A stretch of 64,000 nucleotides of DNA from an uncultured Chloroflexia bacterium (GTDB taxonomy: Bacteria > Chloroflexota > Limnocylindria > Limnocylindrales > CSP1-4): NCBI GenBank assembly GCA_963817745.1, contig CAWFPC010000004.1, positions 41,389 through 105,388 on the forward strand. The letters are read 5' to 3'. Positions 42,915-53,316 of this stretch are shown in pieces; position 1 is the first letter of the stretch, and every line of letters starts with the position of its first letter. The translations under genes and the position numbers were made by a program. Under the pieces are notes generated by a model that did no database searches, had not been told where the DNA came from, and was given only the letters and a program-made list of their open reading frames with translations.

Positions 42915-43340
42915 CTACCCGCTGATCTCCGCGCACGCCGTGTAGACGGCGGCAACCACCAGGGCGCCGATCAACCAGACCACCACCAGGAGCAGGGCGG
43001 TGTTCGCCTCGAGTGCGACGACCTGCGATCCCCCGCCGCCGAACCCATCGGACTCGCCGGTCGACACGGCCGCATTCGCGACGCTGAAGGGCAGGTACTT
43101 CACGACGTCGGGCAGGAACAACCCGGCGAACGTCCCGCCGAAATAGAACGCGATGCCGACGCCGATGCCGCGAGCTGGCTGCGGCCAACGTCGCGATCGC
43201 GAAGCCGATCGCACCGATCTCGACGATCCCGAGCCAGCCGCGGCGAACCGCTCGGGCAGCCGCCCGATGGCGGCCGGATCGGTGATCCCGGACGTCGAGA
43301 CCCCGGCGAGGTTCGCGTCGACCGCTTGGCGTCGCGTCAG
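42915..43340 (-). pseudogene. 3' remnant of an ABC-2-type transporter permease (5'-truncated and frame-shifted)
   Basis: Only the C-terminal ~130 aa are present (GWLGIVEIGAIGFAIATL.../GIAFYFGGTFAGLFLPDVVKYLPFSVANAA...LLLVVVWLIGALVVAAVY). There is no room for the N-terminal half before the tRNA at 43368. Confidence 0.45.
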
Positions 43341-43367
43341 CCCATTGCTAGACTGGCATCCTCCCGA

Positions 43368-43442
43368 GCGGGAGTAACTCAGTTGGCAGAGTGTCAGCTT
43401 CCCAAGCTGAATGTCGCGGGTTCGAACCCCGTCTCCGCTCCA
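43368..43442 (+). tRNA. tRNA-Gly (anticodon CCC), with one base apparently missing in the 3' acceptor strand
   Basis: Hand-folded. D arm ACTC/GAGT, anticodon arm TCAGC-TTCCCAA-GCTGA (CCC at 43401-43403), T arm GCGGG-TTCGAAC-CCCGT, encoded CCA. The 5' acceptor strand GCGGGAG needs CTCCCGC, but the sequence has CTCCGC (43433-43438). Confidence 0.85.
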
Positions 43443-43632
43443 CCTCCCGACGTCGCGCGGGCTGATCGATGATTGGGCTATCCGCGGCTGACGACAGCCC
43501 CCGGACGACGACCCTCCCTCGGCGGCGCCGAGCAGCGTCCCCTCCGCTCGATCTCGAGCGAGAGCTGGGAACGTCGACCAGCACGATGATGCCGAGCGTG
43601 GCCGGCTCTGAACGTCTGGTCGATGGTGACGG

Positions 43633-44312
43633 TCAGACGATGTCAGCGATGATCAGGATCTCGAGGCCGAGCAGATCGACGGCCGACATTCCGCGCACCG
43701 ATGGATAGGCGGCCGACGCTCCCCTCGCGCGACGAGCGCTGCTCCGCCCAGGAGCGATAACGAGGAACCGACGCAACACCCGATTGCTCGACACCTTGAC
43801 CACGGTGTCCATGACTCGTGTCGCAGGCCCCCCTGTATCGGGTGCGCGTCGCTGATCCACCGCCACGTCACGGACGGCCGCCACGATCCCGTGTAGCCCG
43901 GTGCAGCGGCAGAGGTTGCCCGACAGCCCGGCGCGGATCTCGTCCTCGGTCGGATCCGGGTCGGCCAGCAGCGCGGTCGCGCTGATGAGCATCCCCGGCG
44001 TGCAGAAGCCGCACTGGACGCCGCCGTGCTCGAGGAACGCGCGCTGGAGCGGATGCAGGTCGCCGCCGGAGGCGAGGCCCTCGACGGTCGTCACCACGCG
44101 CCCGTCGGCCTGGAGCGCGAGGAACGAGCACGAGTTCACCGGCTGGCCGTCGAGGAGGACCATGCACGCGCCGCACTCGGAGTCGTCGCAGCCCTCCTTG
44201 GTGCCGGTGAGCCCCAGCTCGTCGCGCAGGACGGACAGCAGGGTCCGGCGGCTCGATCTCGACCGCGTAGCTCATCCCGTTCACCTGGAGCGTGGCGGAG
44301 TCGCACGGTCAC
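43633..44312 (-). pseudogene. (2Fe-2S)-binding small subunit of a xanthine dehydrogenase/aldehyde oxidase-family enzyme (CoxS-like); at least 2 frame switches and a doubtful 3' tail
   Basis: The GTG at 44312 overlaps the upstream stop (GTGA). [58 protein letters not shown]...[11 protein letters not shown]...CRCTG. Coding quality drops after ~43860, so the real stop is probably masked. Confidence 0.7.
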
Positions 44313-45203
44313 TCGACTCCGAACAGGCTGGCGCTGGCCGGGATCGGGACGGTCTCGCCGCGCGCCCGGGCGATCGCGCCGCGTGACGGCCGGCGGACGA
44401 CAACGGCCGCCATCGCCGTGCGGTAGTCGAGCGAGGCGCGGACGTCCGCGATCGGGGTCGCGGCCTCGGCCGCCAGGCGGCCGGCTCGGCCGCCGCGGCC
44501 GGCCCGCCGTCAGTGCCGACGAGCGCGGCCTCGGCCGCGGCACCCGCCGGACGGTCGGCGCGAGCGCGGTGATCGCGATCCGCGCGTCGCGGACGACGCC
44601 GCCGTCGAGGCGCACCACCGCGGTCGCGCCCACGACCGCGATCTCCATCTGCCGGCGGAACTCGAGCCGGGCGTAGCAACTGCCCGGCGCCGGGAGCCCC
44701 GGCACGTCGACCGAGACGATCAGCTCGTCGGGCGCGAGGCTGGTCCGGCCGGGACCGGTGAACAGGTCGGCGAGCGCGACCCGACGGCTCGCCGGCCGTC
44801 GAACGGAGCTCGACCTCGGCCTCGAAGCAGAGCAGCGGCACCGCTGGTCTCGGCGGCCGGCGAGGCGTTCGTCAGGTTGCCACCGAGCGTCCCGACGTGC
44901 CGCGTCGCCGGCGAGCCGACGATCGCCGCGGCATCGGCGAGCGCCGTCCAGCGCTCGCGGATCGCGGCGTTGGCGGCGAGGTCGGCGTGGCTGGTCGTCG
45001 CGCCGAGCCGGAGCCCGTCCGCGGTCTCCCGATCCCGCGCAGCTCCGCGACCCGGTCGAGCGCGACGAGGTCCTCGGGCAGGACCACTTGCCCTGCCGCG
45101 ACCCGACGACGAGGTCCGTCCCGCCGGCGACCGGTCGGTGGCCGGCAGCCGCGGCCGTCAAGGCGTCGTCGAGCTCCGTCGGGGCCGAGTAGCGTCCGCC
45201 CAA
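44309..45203 (-). pseudogene. FAD-binding medium subunit of a xanthine dehydrogenase-family enzyme (CoxM-like); several frame switches
   Basis: YSAPTELDDALTAAAAGHRPVAGGTDLVVGSRQGK...VALADLFTGPGRTSLAPDELIVSVDVP...YARLEFRRQMEIAVVGATAVV, with the pieces in at least two frames of 44136..46067. A TTG start at 45203 is tentative. Confidence 0.65.
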
Positions 45204-45205
45204 CG

Positions 45206-47500
45206 TCAGCCGTCGCCGTTCTTCGATGCCATGGCGCCCCAGACCCGCTCGGGCGTCATCGGCAGCTCGTGGACCCGCACGCCGACCGCGCGCGGCGATC
45301 GCATTGGCGATCGCACCGGGCGTCGGGACGCAAGGCGGCTCGGCGATGCCCTTGAGGCCCTTCGGGCCGCCGGTCGGCGACGGGGCGTCGACGAAGTCGA
45401 CGTGGATGTCGGGACGTCGGCCACGGTCTGGAGCTTGTAGTCGAGGAGGTACGGGTTGCGCTGCCGGCCGTCGTCGGCGAGCTGGACGCCCTCGGTGAGC
45501 GCCTGCCCGATGCCCATCGCCACGCCGCCGTGGATCTGGCCGGCCGCGCCGATCGGGTTGACGACGACGCCCGACTCGTGGGAGGCCGCAACCTCGAGGA
45601 CCCGGACCACGCCGGTGTCGCGGTCGACCTTGACGCGGATGGCGTGGGTGAAGAACGTCGGCGCCGCGAAGGACTCGCCGCCGAGGCGGCCGACGCAGCT
45701 CGCCGCGTCGACTGCCGGCGTCGGCGGCGGCTCGCCGGAGCCCTTGCCGAGGAGCAGCCCGGCGCCGGCGGCCTGCGACGCAAGCTCCGCGATCGAGACC
45801 GACGCGGTGCTGGCTGCCCTTGACCCGGGCCGTGCCGTCGACGAGCTCGAGGTCTGCCCGGTTGGCCTCCAGGAGGTCGGCCGCGAGGTCGAGGAGCTGC
45901 TCGCGGACCTCGTTCGCGGCGGCGATCACCGCCCGGCCGTTGTTGAACGTCGTCTGGGATCCGCTGGCCCCGCCGTCGTACGGCCCGGCGTCGGTGTCCT
46001 GGTAGAGGATCCGGAACTCGTCGGGCCGCATGCCGAGGACCTCGGCGGCGAGGATCGGCAGGGCCATGACCGCGCCGGTGCCGCACTCCTGGGCGCCGGT
46101 GACGATCGTGCCCGCTGCCGTCGGCGTTGATCTTCACGTGCGCGCCGGACGGCGCCGGGGAACGACGGCCACCAGCCCGTCGCGATGCCGATCGCCTCGC
46201 CGTCCGGGCAGCGGCTTGCCCCAGCCGATCGCTGGCCGCGGCGTTCTCGAGCGTCTCGATGGCGCCGATCCGCTCGAAGACCTGGCCGGTCGGCCCCGCG
46301 TCGCCCTCGTGCACGAGGTTGCGGCGACGGAACTCGACGGGGTCGAGGCCGAGCCGCTCCGCGACGACGTCGTGGTGCTGCTCGACGCGCCCAGCAGGTC
46401 GTCGGGCCGGTCGGCGCGCGAACGGAGCCCGACGGCTGCGTGTTCGTGTAGACGACGTCGACCGAGACGTCGACGTTCGGGACCCGGTACGGCCCGACCG
46501 CGAACATCCCGGCCATCTGGCCGAGGTACGGCTCGTCCATGCTGTAGGCGCCGTTGTCGATGATCAGGTGCCCGCGACGGGCCACGATCGTCCCGTCCTG
46601 CCGGACGCCGGTCTCCAGCTCGATGATCATCCGCTCGCGGCGATGGTCGGGCAGCAGGAACTCGTCGCGCCGGGAGAAGACGACCTTGACCGGCCGGCCG
46701 GCGGCCCGCGCGAGGGCGGCGACATGCGGCTCGAAGCCGACCTCGCACTTGGCGCCGAAGCCGCCGCCGAGGTGGGGCACGATGACCCGGATCCGGTTCT
46801 GCGGCAGGCCGAGCGTCTCCGCGACGCCGGCCCGGGCCGCGAACGGGACCTGCGTCGACGACCAGATCGTGACGTGGTCGCCCTGCCACTCGGCGAGGAT
46901 CGCCCGCGGCTCGATCGGGACGGCGTGCGAGCCGTCGGCGACGTAGCGGTCCTTGACGACGATGTCCGCCTCGGCCATGCCGGCCGTCGGCGTCGCCCTT
47001 GACGATCGTCGAGTGGGAGGCGACGTTCCGTCGCGGACGACGTTGTCGTCGGCCTCGTACGTCGCCCAGTCGTCGTGGACGAGCGGGCGCGTCCGGGTCG
47101 GCGGCCGCCTCGAGGTCCGTCACCGCCGGGAGGGGCTCGAGGTCGATATCGATCAGCGCCGCCGCGCGGGCGGCGATCTCCGGCGTTGCCGCCGCGACGG
47201 CCGCGATCAGCTCGCCTTCCCAGCGCACGACGTCCCGGGCGAACAGCGTGCGGTCCTGTCACGAACGCGCCGTATCGGACGTCGGGGACGTCGGCGGCGG
47301 TGATGATGGCGTGGACGCCGGGCAGCGCTCGCGCCGCGGTCGCATCGATCCGGCCGGATGCGGGCGTGGGGGACGCCGGCGACGCGGAACGCGCCGTGGA
47401 GCATCCCGGTCAGCGTGAGGTCGGCGGCGTAGCGACCGGTGCCGGTGACCTTGTCGCGGCCGTCCTGACGGATGAGCGTCGGGGCGACAGCTGTGGCCAT
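45206..47500 (-). pseudogene. molybdopterin-binding large subunit of a xanthine dehydrogenase/aldehyde oxidase-family enzyme; at least 6 frame switches
   Basis: MATAVAPTLIRQDGRDKVTGTGRYAADL (ORF 47207..48547), WEGELIAAVAAATPEIA (ORF 46134..47228), IEPRAILAEWQGDHVTIWSSTQ...HLGGGFGAK...VYTNTQPSGSVRAPTGP (ORF 45926..46978), MALPILAAEVLGM...GGASGSQTT (ORF 44136..46067) and NPIGAAGQIHGGVAMGIGQAL...HELPMTPERVW (ORF 45206..45610). Confidence 0.75.
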
Positions 47501-47704
47501 GCGGTGCTCCATGGGTCGATCCGAGCACCCGATCCGAGGCAGAGGGATCGCCCGGCGAGCATAGCGCACGGTCGCGTGGCGGGATGCGGACCTTCCGCGT
47601 GATCTGCCGTGCCGGATCGCCTCGACACGGATGCTAGGCTGGCGGCGCTGCGGAGCCCGACTGTCGCCCAACTCGACCGGGACCGCCTGGAGGGAACGGA
47701 TCCG

Positions 47705-47992
47705 ATGATGGCGATCTTCGGCGCGATCCTGCCGCGCTTGCTCCTGCTCGTCGGGTGGTCGAATGACCAGGCCTACTGGAATTCCCTGCTCGGCCAGCCG
47801 ATCTGGTTCCTCGGCGGTTTCCTGTTCTTCCCGTGGACGACCCTCTTCTACGGGTTCGTGCAGCGGAATCCGGACGGCCTCAGCCTCCTCAACATCATCT
47901 TCTTGGTCTCGGCGCTGCTGATCGACCTCGGGACGTGGGGCGTCGGGTTCTTCGCGAGCCGCCAGCAGGTCTCCAACTACCGCGAGCGCTAG
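47705..47992 (+). CDS. hypothetical small integral membrane protein
   Basis: ATG at 47705, 10 nt after GGAGGG (47689-47694). Three hydrophobic segments (MMAIFGAILPRLLLLVGW, IWFLGGFLFFPWTTLFYGF, LLNIIFLVSALLIDLGTWGVGFF). Confidence 0.5.
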   Translation: MMAIFGAILPRLLLLVGWSNDQAYWNSLLGQPIWFLGGFLFFPWTTLFYGFVQRNPDGLSLLNIIFLVSALLIDLGTWGVGFFASRQQVSNYRER

Positions 47993-48299
47993 CCCCCAAC
48001 CTCCAGGGGACCTGGGCAGCCGCGGTCGATCGAGACGGTCGGTGCCCGGCGGCTGCGGGGCCTGGTCCGCACGCTGACTGTCACGCAGTCGCAACGCCGA
48101 CAGCCGGCACCATCCAGCGACGCCTTGCCATGGTCCGGCCCTACGGTGTCCACGTCGACGCGAGGGGCTCTCGGGGGCTTGACGCTCGACCATCGGGATC
48201 GGGTCGTCGGCATGCCGAACGCTCCGATCCCCCCTATCCTCGGCCGTCCGCGATGGCGCATGTCCGAGATCATCCGATCCACACCGGGAGTACGACACC

Positions 48300-48803
48300 A
48301 TGGGCGAGGCAAAGGTCGGCGAAGCGTTCATCACCCACGAGTTCGACGAGGCGATCGCGATCCAGCAGGTCATCGTCGACGCCGAGACGACGCTCGCGAC
48401 GAAGCACCCTGTCGGGACGGCCAAGACCGCGATCAAGGCGAGCCTCACGGACGACAAGGCCTTCCTCAAGCAACTGCGGACGCTGGGCAAGGCCCACGAC
48501 GCGACCGGGGAGATCGAGGACGTGGCGGGCGGCCTCAAGGAACTCATGGAGGAGACCCTCGAGACCGCCTCGACCGACGGCGCCGACAGCGACTTCTACG
48601 AGGCGCATGCGGTCCTGCTCAACCTGAAGCGAAAGCAGATGGACTCGGCCGGCGGCATGCTGGCGATCGCGCGTGAACTGGACGACGCCGAGCTGCGCAA
48701 GGCCGCGACGGCATTCCAGAAGGCGCAGAAGGCCAGCTCGCAGGCACTGACCGACGAGCTGGCGGCATACGCGGTGCGCATCGCGACCGCGTCGGCGGCA
48801 TGA
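48300..48803 (+). CDS. hypothetical all-helical protein (ferritin-like/DUF892-like fold is only a guess)
   Basis: Intact 167-aa ORF with high third-position GC and a heptad-like helical composition. No motif that I can name. Confidence 0.55.
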   Translation: MGEAKVGEAFITHEFDEAIAIQQVIVDAETTLATKHPVGTAKTAIKASLTDDKAFLKQLRTLGKAHDATGEIEDVAGGLKELMEETLETASTDGADSDFYEAHAVLLNLKRKQMDSAGGMLAIARELDDAELRKAATAFQKAQKASSQALTDELAAYAVRIATASAA

Positions 48804-49012
48804 GCGGCACGGACCGCGATCCGGGCGCGTACATCGGTCACGAGCCGGAGTTCGCGGCCGAGACGATCCCGGGTGGCGTCCGCCCCGACGACGAGCGCGT
48901 CGCCGCCAACTCCTCGCAGACCGGCGTCGTGGAGCGACCCGAACCGGAGGGGCATCGCGAGGGTCCTCCGGCCGACGACGACCAGGTGCGCGAGGCCGGC
49001 CAGGATCGCTGA
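48800..49012 (+). CDS. hypothetical small acidic, probably disordered protein
   Basis: The start overlaps the previous stop (ATGA). Third-position GC is very high throughout the 70 codons. Confidence 0.45.
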   Translation: MSGTDRDPGAYIGHEPEFAAETIPGGVRPDDERVAANSSQTGVVERPEPEGHREGPPADDDQVREAGQDR

Positions 49013-49032
49013 CCGGCCTCCCAGGGGCTGCG

Positions 49033-49061
49033 TCCACAGGGCCGACTCCACAGGGGCCCGA
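49033..49061. repeat. tandem direct repeat TCCACAGGG(G)CC(C)GA x2 in a 260-bp intergenic spacer
   Basis: Copies at 49033-49045 and 49047-61, upstream of the PH-like gene. Confidence 0.5.
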
Positions 49062-49273
49062 TCGGCGGGTGACGCACGCCGGCAACGCGCCGTTCGGGGC
49101 CTGACGGACCTTTCGCGCGTCTGCAACGTGCTTGCCGCGATGGGCAACACCGCTCCGCAGTCGGCGCGGTAGATTCGTGTCCGGCGACGTGGTGGGGCAC
49201 CACTGCGTCGGATCGATCTTGAGCCGCCCACGCCGATGGATCCTCGGGCGGATCGAACATCGTGGGAGGCCCC

Positions 49274-49737
49274 ATGACAGATCGTCCTGACGAAGCCGAT
49301 CTGCGCGCATCCGACTCGCCCGTCGACTCGAGCCGGGCGAGGACATCAAGGGGCTCGTGCACGCAACGGAGGCCCAGCTCCTCGTCACCGATCGCCGTGT
49401 CGCGGTGGCGCAGCGTGATCGGGTCAGGCTGGACGTCCCGTTCGATCGCCTCCGACGGATCCAGTTCGACATCGAGCGGGCCCGCCCGGCGACCCTGGTC
49501 ATCGTGCCCGAGCATCCCCGCGACGAGCCGCAGGTCCTGGCCATCCCGCGTGAGCACATCGGCGCCGCGGCCAACGTCCTGGCTTTCATCGGCGAGCTCC
49601 TCCTCCACCCCATGGGACGAGCGAGGCGCGTGACACTGACGGTCGATCCGGCACGCCTGAGGTCGATCTGGCACCGACCGGCGCGCCCGTGCGCACGGAG
49701 CGAGGAAGGAGTCGCGGGCTGGAACCCAAGGTCGTGA
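49274..49737 (+). pseudogene. hypothetical bacterial PH-domain-like (YdbT/bPH_2-like) protein; one frame switch near 49300
   Basis: ATG at 49274 follows GGGAGG. The MTDRPDEADLRA frame then moves to IRLARRLEPGEDIKGLVHATEAQLLVTDRRVAVAQRDRVRLDVPFDRLRRIQFD (ORF 49357..49737). Confidence 0.5.
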
Positions 49738-49767
49738 GCGCGAGGCCGGAGCGCGAGGCCGGAGCGC
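49736..49767. repeat. 13-bp tandem repeat GAGCGCGAGGCCG x ~2.4, overlapping the stop codon of the PH-like gene
   Basis: Read directly at 49736-49767. Confidence 0.6.
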
Positions 49768-50025
49768 TCTGGCTCTGACGCGCTGAGACTCGGCATACAG
49801 CAGCCGAGGCGCGTGCCTAGCTGTCGCATGTCGGGTCACGATCGGGCCGTAGCGCCATTGATCAAGCCGTCATCCCACGCACGAGACAGGCGCCCCGCCC
49901 GGACCGGATCACATCGGCGCCGAGCCGCAGCTGGTTCGGCCATAGCACGATCCACCGCGATGTGTAATGTCGGCGACACGCCGGCTCGCGAACTCGAGAT
50001 CGTGATGCCCGGCAGCCTCGACCAG

Positions 50026-51625
50026 CTAGGCCGCGGCCCCGCGGCGCAGGACGCGACCGGCCCGGACCGATCTCCACCTGCGAACCGCCGTCGATCGCGA
50101 GCCGGCCGTTCACGACGACGTGGTGGATGCCGCGTGGGAAGACCTTCGGCTCGCGATACGTGGCGAGGTCCTCGATCGTCCCGGCGTCGAACGCCACGAC
50201 ATCGGCGTACGCGCCCTCCACGATCCGGCCCCGGTCGCGCAAGCCGATGCGGTCGGCCGGTCGCGACGGTCGAGATCGCGATCGCGCGCTCCAGCGGGAT
50301 GACCCCGCGATCGCGGACGTAGTCGCCCAGCAGCCGCGGGTAGCAACCGAACGAGCGAGGATGCGGCAGGCCCACCCCGGTCGGGCCGTCCGGGTCCATG
50401 GCGAACCCGTCCGAGCCGATGGTCGCGCGCGGATGCTGGAGTGCCTCGATGACGTTCTGGTCGGACCGGCCGTAGGCGATCATGCACACCCGGTTCTCGG
50501 TCAGGCGGATGAGCTCGATCCCGGCCTCGGCCGGCTCGACGCCCATCCGCTCCCCGGCGTCGCGCAAGCGTCAGCCCGAGATACGCCTCGAGGCCGGGAT
50601 CGACGAGGCAGATCTCGACCTCGTCCCAGTCGAGGAACCGCCGCTCGGTCCACTCGGCCGCGGCGCGTCGCCGCTCGGCCGGGTCCGTCAGGCGACGCAC
50701 GAGCTCGGCGGAGCCACCGGCCTGCACCCAGTCCGGCAGGAGCTGGGACAGGTTCGCGCTGCCGGCGAGGAACGGGTAGATGTCGAAGGCGATGTCGACG
50801 CCGTCGGCGGCCGCCGCCTCGAGCGTGGCCCGGCCGAGATGCGGGTACGACCAGTTCGCCTTGCCCGACGAGGACATGTGGGAGATCTGGATCCGCACGC
50901 CGGCGCGTCGTGCGACCCGGATCGCCTCGTCGAGCGCCGCGGTGAACTCGCCGGCGTAGTTGCGCATGTGGATCGCGAACAGCGCCATCCCGCGATGCCG
51001 CGGCGGCGGCGATCGTGACGAGCTCGTCCTCGTCGGCCCAGATGAGCGGCACCTGCGTGAGCCCGGTCGACACCCCGAACGCGCCCTCGTCGAGGGCCGT
51101 CCGGGCGGTCTGCGCGATGGCGTCGAGGTCGGCCGGGGTCGCGGCTCGCGCCTCCACGCCGAGCGTCTCGATCCGCAGCGGGGCGTGCCCGACGAGCGTC
51201 GCGACGTTGATCGCCGGACGCGCCCGCTCGAGCGCGTCGAGGTACCCGCCGAACGACTCCCAGTCGACGACGACGCCCGGGTCGGTGTCACAGGTCGGGC
51301 TCTCGGTGCGGACGAGCGCCCGATGCGGACCCGCCGCCGGGGCATAGCCGATCCCGCAGTTGCCGTTGAGCTCGGTCGTGACGCCCTGGGCGATCTTGCT
51401 GCGCGCGCGGCCGTCGCTGAGCAGCGTCAGGTCGGAGTGGCTGTGGATATCGACGAAGCCGGGTGCCACCACCAGCCCGGTGGCGTCGATGACCCGATCC
51501 GCCTCGGTGTCGCCGAGATCGCCGATCGTGACGATGCGGTCACCGGCGATCGCCACGTCGGCCCGGCGACCGGGGGTATCGAGGCCGTCGACGAGGAGCC
51601 CGCCCGAGATGATGAGGTCGTACAT
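50026..51625 (-). pseudogene. N-acyl-D-amino-acid deacylase (D-aminoacylase, amidohydrolase superfamily); at least 4 frame switches
   Basis: MYDLIISGGLLVDG...APGFVDIHSHSD...GVTTE (ORF 50501..51625), ALFAIHMRNYAGEF...IQISHMSSSG (ORF 50110..51345), TIGSDGFAMDP...HPRSFGCYPRLLG (ORF 49836..50567), GRIVEGAYADVVAFD (ORF 49862..50242) and the tail GRVLRRGAAA-TAG at 50026. Confidence 0.8.
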
Positions 51626-51703
51626 GGCGGAGCATGATATCGAGCCACGTCGTCCACGCGGGCCGCGGCCCGGCAGTCCACGCAGGCACCACCAGGAGAT
51701 CCG

Positions 51704-52648
51704 ATGTCCGTCGACACGTCATCCCCAACAGGCACGGCCTGGACCCTGGCGCTCGAGCTCGCGCCCGATCGATCGGTGCGGGCCGGGTCCAAGGAGGCGC
51801 TGGCAGGCGCGATCGGACGTGGCGCCGACCTGCGGGTCTACACCGAGTTCCTGTTCGAGGAGCACATCGCCCCGGGCGGGAACGGCGACCCGTCGCTGGA
51901 CGGGCTCATCCGCGAGGTCATCGACTTTCGCGAGACGATCCTCGTCGACGGGCACCACGTCGGCGCGATCACGACCCAGCGCCAGCCGCTGGAGCCGCCG
52001 TTCGGGTTCAACGGCACCGAGCCGAAGATGTCGTTCTTCATGTACACGGGCGACGGCGAGCAGGCCCTCGCGAACCTCGTCTTCCGCGGCATCGACGGCG
52101 CGCCGGCGCCCGGCACGCGGACGGTCGAGCCACCGCCGCCGGACATGCCGAAGATGAGCGAGCAGGAGTACTTCGACGTCGGCACGACCGGTCCGACCCG
52201 GAACTTCGTGTACGACATGGAGACGTACCGGTTCTGGGTGCGCGACGACTGGGAGGAGGTCCTGGCCCACGACGCCGAGGGGACGTCACGGCGGGCTCGT
52301 TCGATGCCCTCGAGGCGGCGCAGGTCGCCGGGCGCGAGATCCGGGTCGGCATCCGCGACCTCGCGGCGGGTCTCGGCGGCCCCGACGAGCCGGTCGTGCC
52401 GCACGAGGTGTTCACCCCGATCGGATCCGGGTTCCTGCACACGCGTCCACGGGTGTATGCCGCGCTTGACCCATCCGCTCGTGCGCGTCGCCGCCGCGGT
52501 GCCCCTGCGCTACGCGTCGGGCAACTGGGACGTGGCGTGGGTGTTCCTGCGCACCGACGGCGCCGCGCGCGTCCGCCGGCTCGATCCGTACACCCGGACC
52601 TGGGAGGACCACGAGGCGCGCTTCGGCTGTCGCTGGTTCGCTCGCTAG
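51704..52648 (+). pseudogene. hypothetical protein of unknown function; two compensating frame switches (~52285 and ~52470)
   Basis: The N-terminal and C-terminal thirds are in ORF 51704..52648. The middle part (VTAGSFDALEAAQVAGREIRVGIRDLAAGLGGPDEPVVPHEVFTPIGSGFLHTRPRVYAAL) is in ORF 51634..53058. No family recognised. Confidence 0.5.
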
Positions 52649-53303
52649 GGCCGTCGTCTGGCGGGCCGGGCGCCCGCGGCCGCGCGCGACGCCCGTCAGC
52701 GCGTCTGCGATCACCGCCTCGAGCAACCGAACGTAGGCCGTCGCGCCGCCGTCGGCGTGTCCCGCGGTCCGTTCGCCGACCCACGCCGCCCGGCCACGTT
52801 GCGAGACCAGCTCGCGGGTCGCCTCGACCCCATCGCGAGCCGCGACGAGCGCGGCATCCAGCGGCGCGTCGGGCGACGCCGCCGCGGCGTCCACGCTCGG
52901 CACCAGGGCATCGAGGACGGTCTTCTCGCCGACCGACGACTTGCCGCGGCTCGCGACCGCGTGGGCCGCGGCGCGGGCGGCGCGGATGCCGTCGTCGTAG
53001 TCGAACGTCTCCTCGTCGCCGAGCTCCTTGGACGCCGCGAGCAGCGCCCCCATCGTGAGCGCCGAGAAGGTCGACGGGTTGGCGCGGGCCATCGTCATGC
53101 CGATCGGTCTTGAGCACGACGGCCGGGGTCGCGCCGGGGGCCAGCGCCTCGAGCGCCGCAGCGGCGGCGAGCGTGCCGTCGCCCACGGTCACGCCGAGGT
53201 CGCCGTCGCCGATCGCCGCGTCGAGGTCGCGCAACTCGTCACGCGACGCGGCGACACGTGGCAGGGCGGCGATGAGCAGGGCGCGCAGCTCGTCGCCGGT
53301 CAT
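52645..53303 (-). pseudogene. dhaL: dihydroxyacetone kinase, ADP-binding subunit (DhaL domain); at least 2 frame switches
   Basis: ATG at 53303. LDAAIGDGDLGVTV (the DhaL DGD motif), then GMTMARANPSTFSALTMGALL...KSSVGEKTVLDALVP...GRAAWVGERTAGHADGGA in ORF 52412..53098. The preferred stop at 52645-52647 shares a CTAG with the convergent gene's stop. Confidence 0.7.
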
Positions 53304-53316
53304 CGCACGCCGCCGG

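Noticed and set aside
43445-43870. An integrated mobile element or prophage remnant at tRNA-Gly.
   Set aside because: No integrase, excisionase, transposase or direct repeat of the tRNA 3' end could be found by eye. It is reported only as a possible rearrangement scar.
43633-47500. Calling the S-M-L cluster (or the orphan large subunit at 55407-57710) an aerobic carbon-monoxide dehydrogenase (coxSML).
   Set aside because: At the active-site loop position I read PSGSVRAPTGP and GSYRGPGGPQ, not the form I AYXCSFR or form II AYRGAGR signatures. Only the generic xanthine dehydrogenase/aldehyde oxidase family can be supported.
49120-49180. A sigma-70 promoter (TTGCCG ... TAGATT) upstream of the PH-like gene.
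   Set aside because: The spacing between the two hexamers is about 33 bp, far from the 16-18 bp optimum. No better -35 lies at the right distance.
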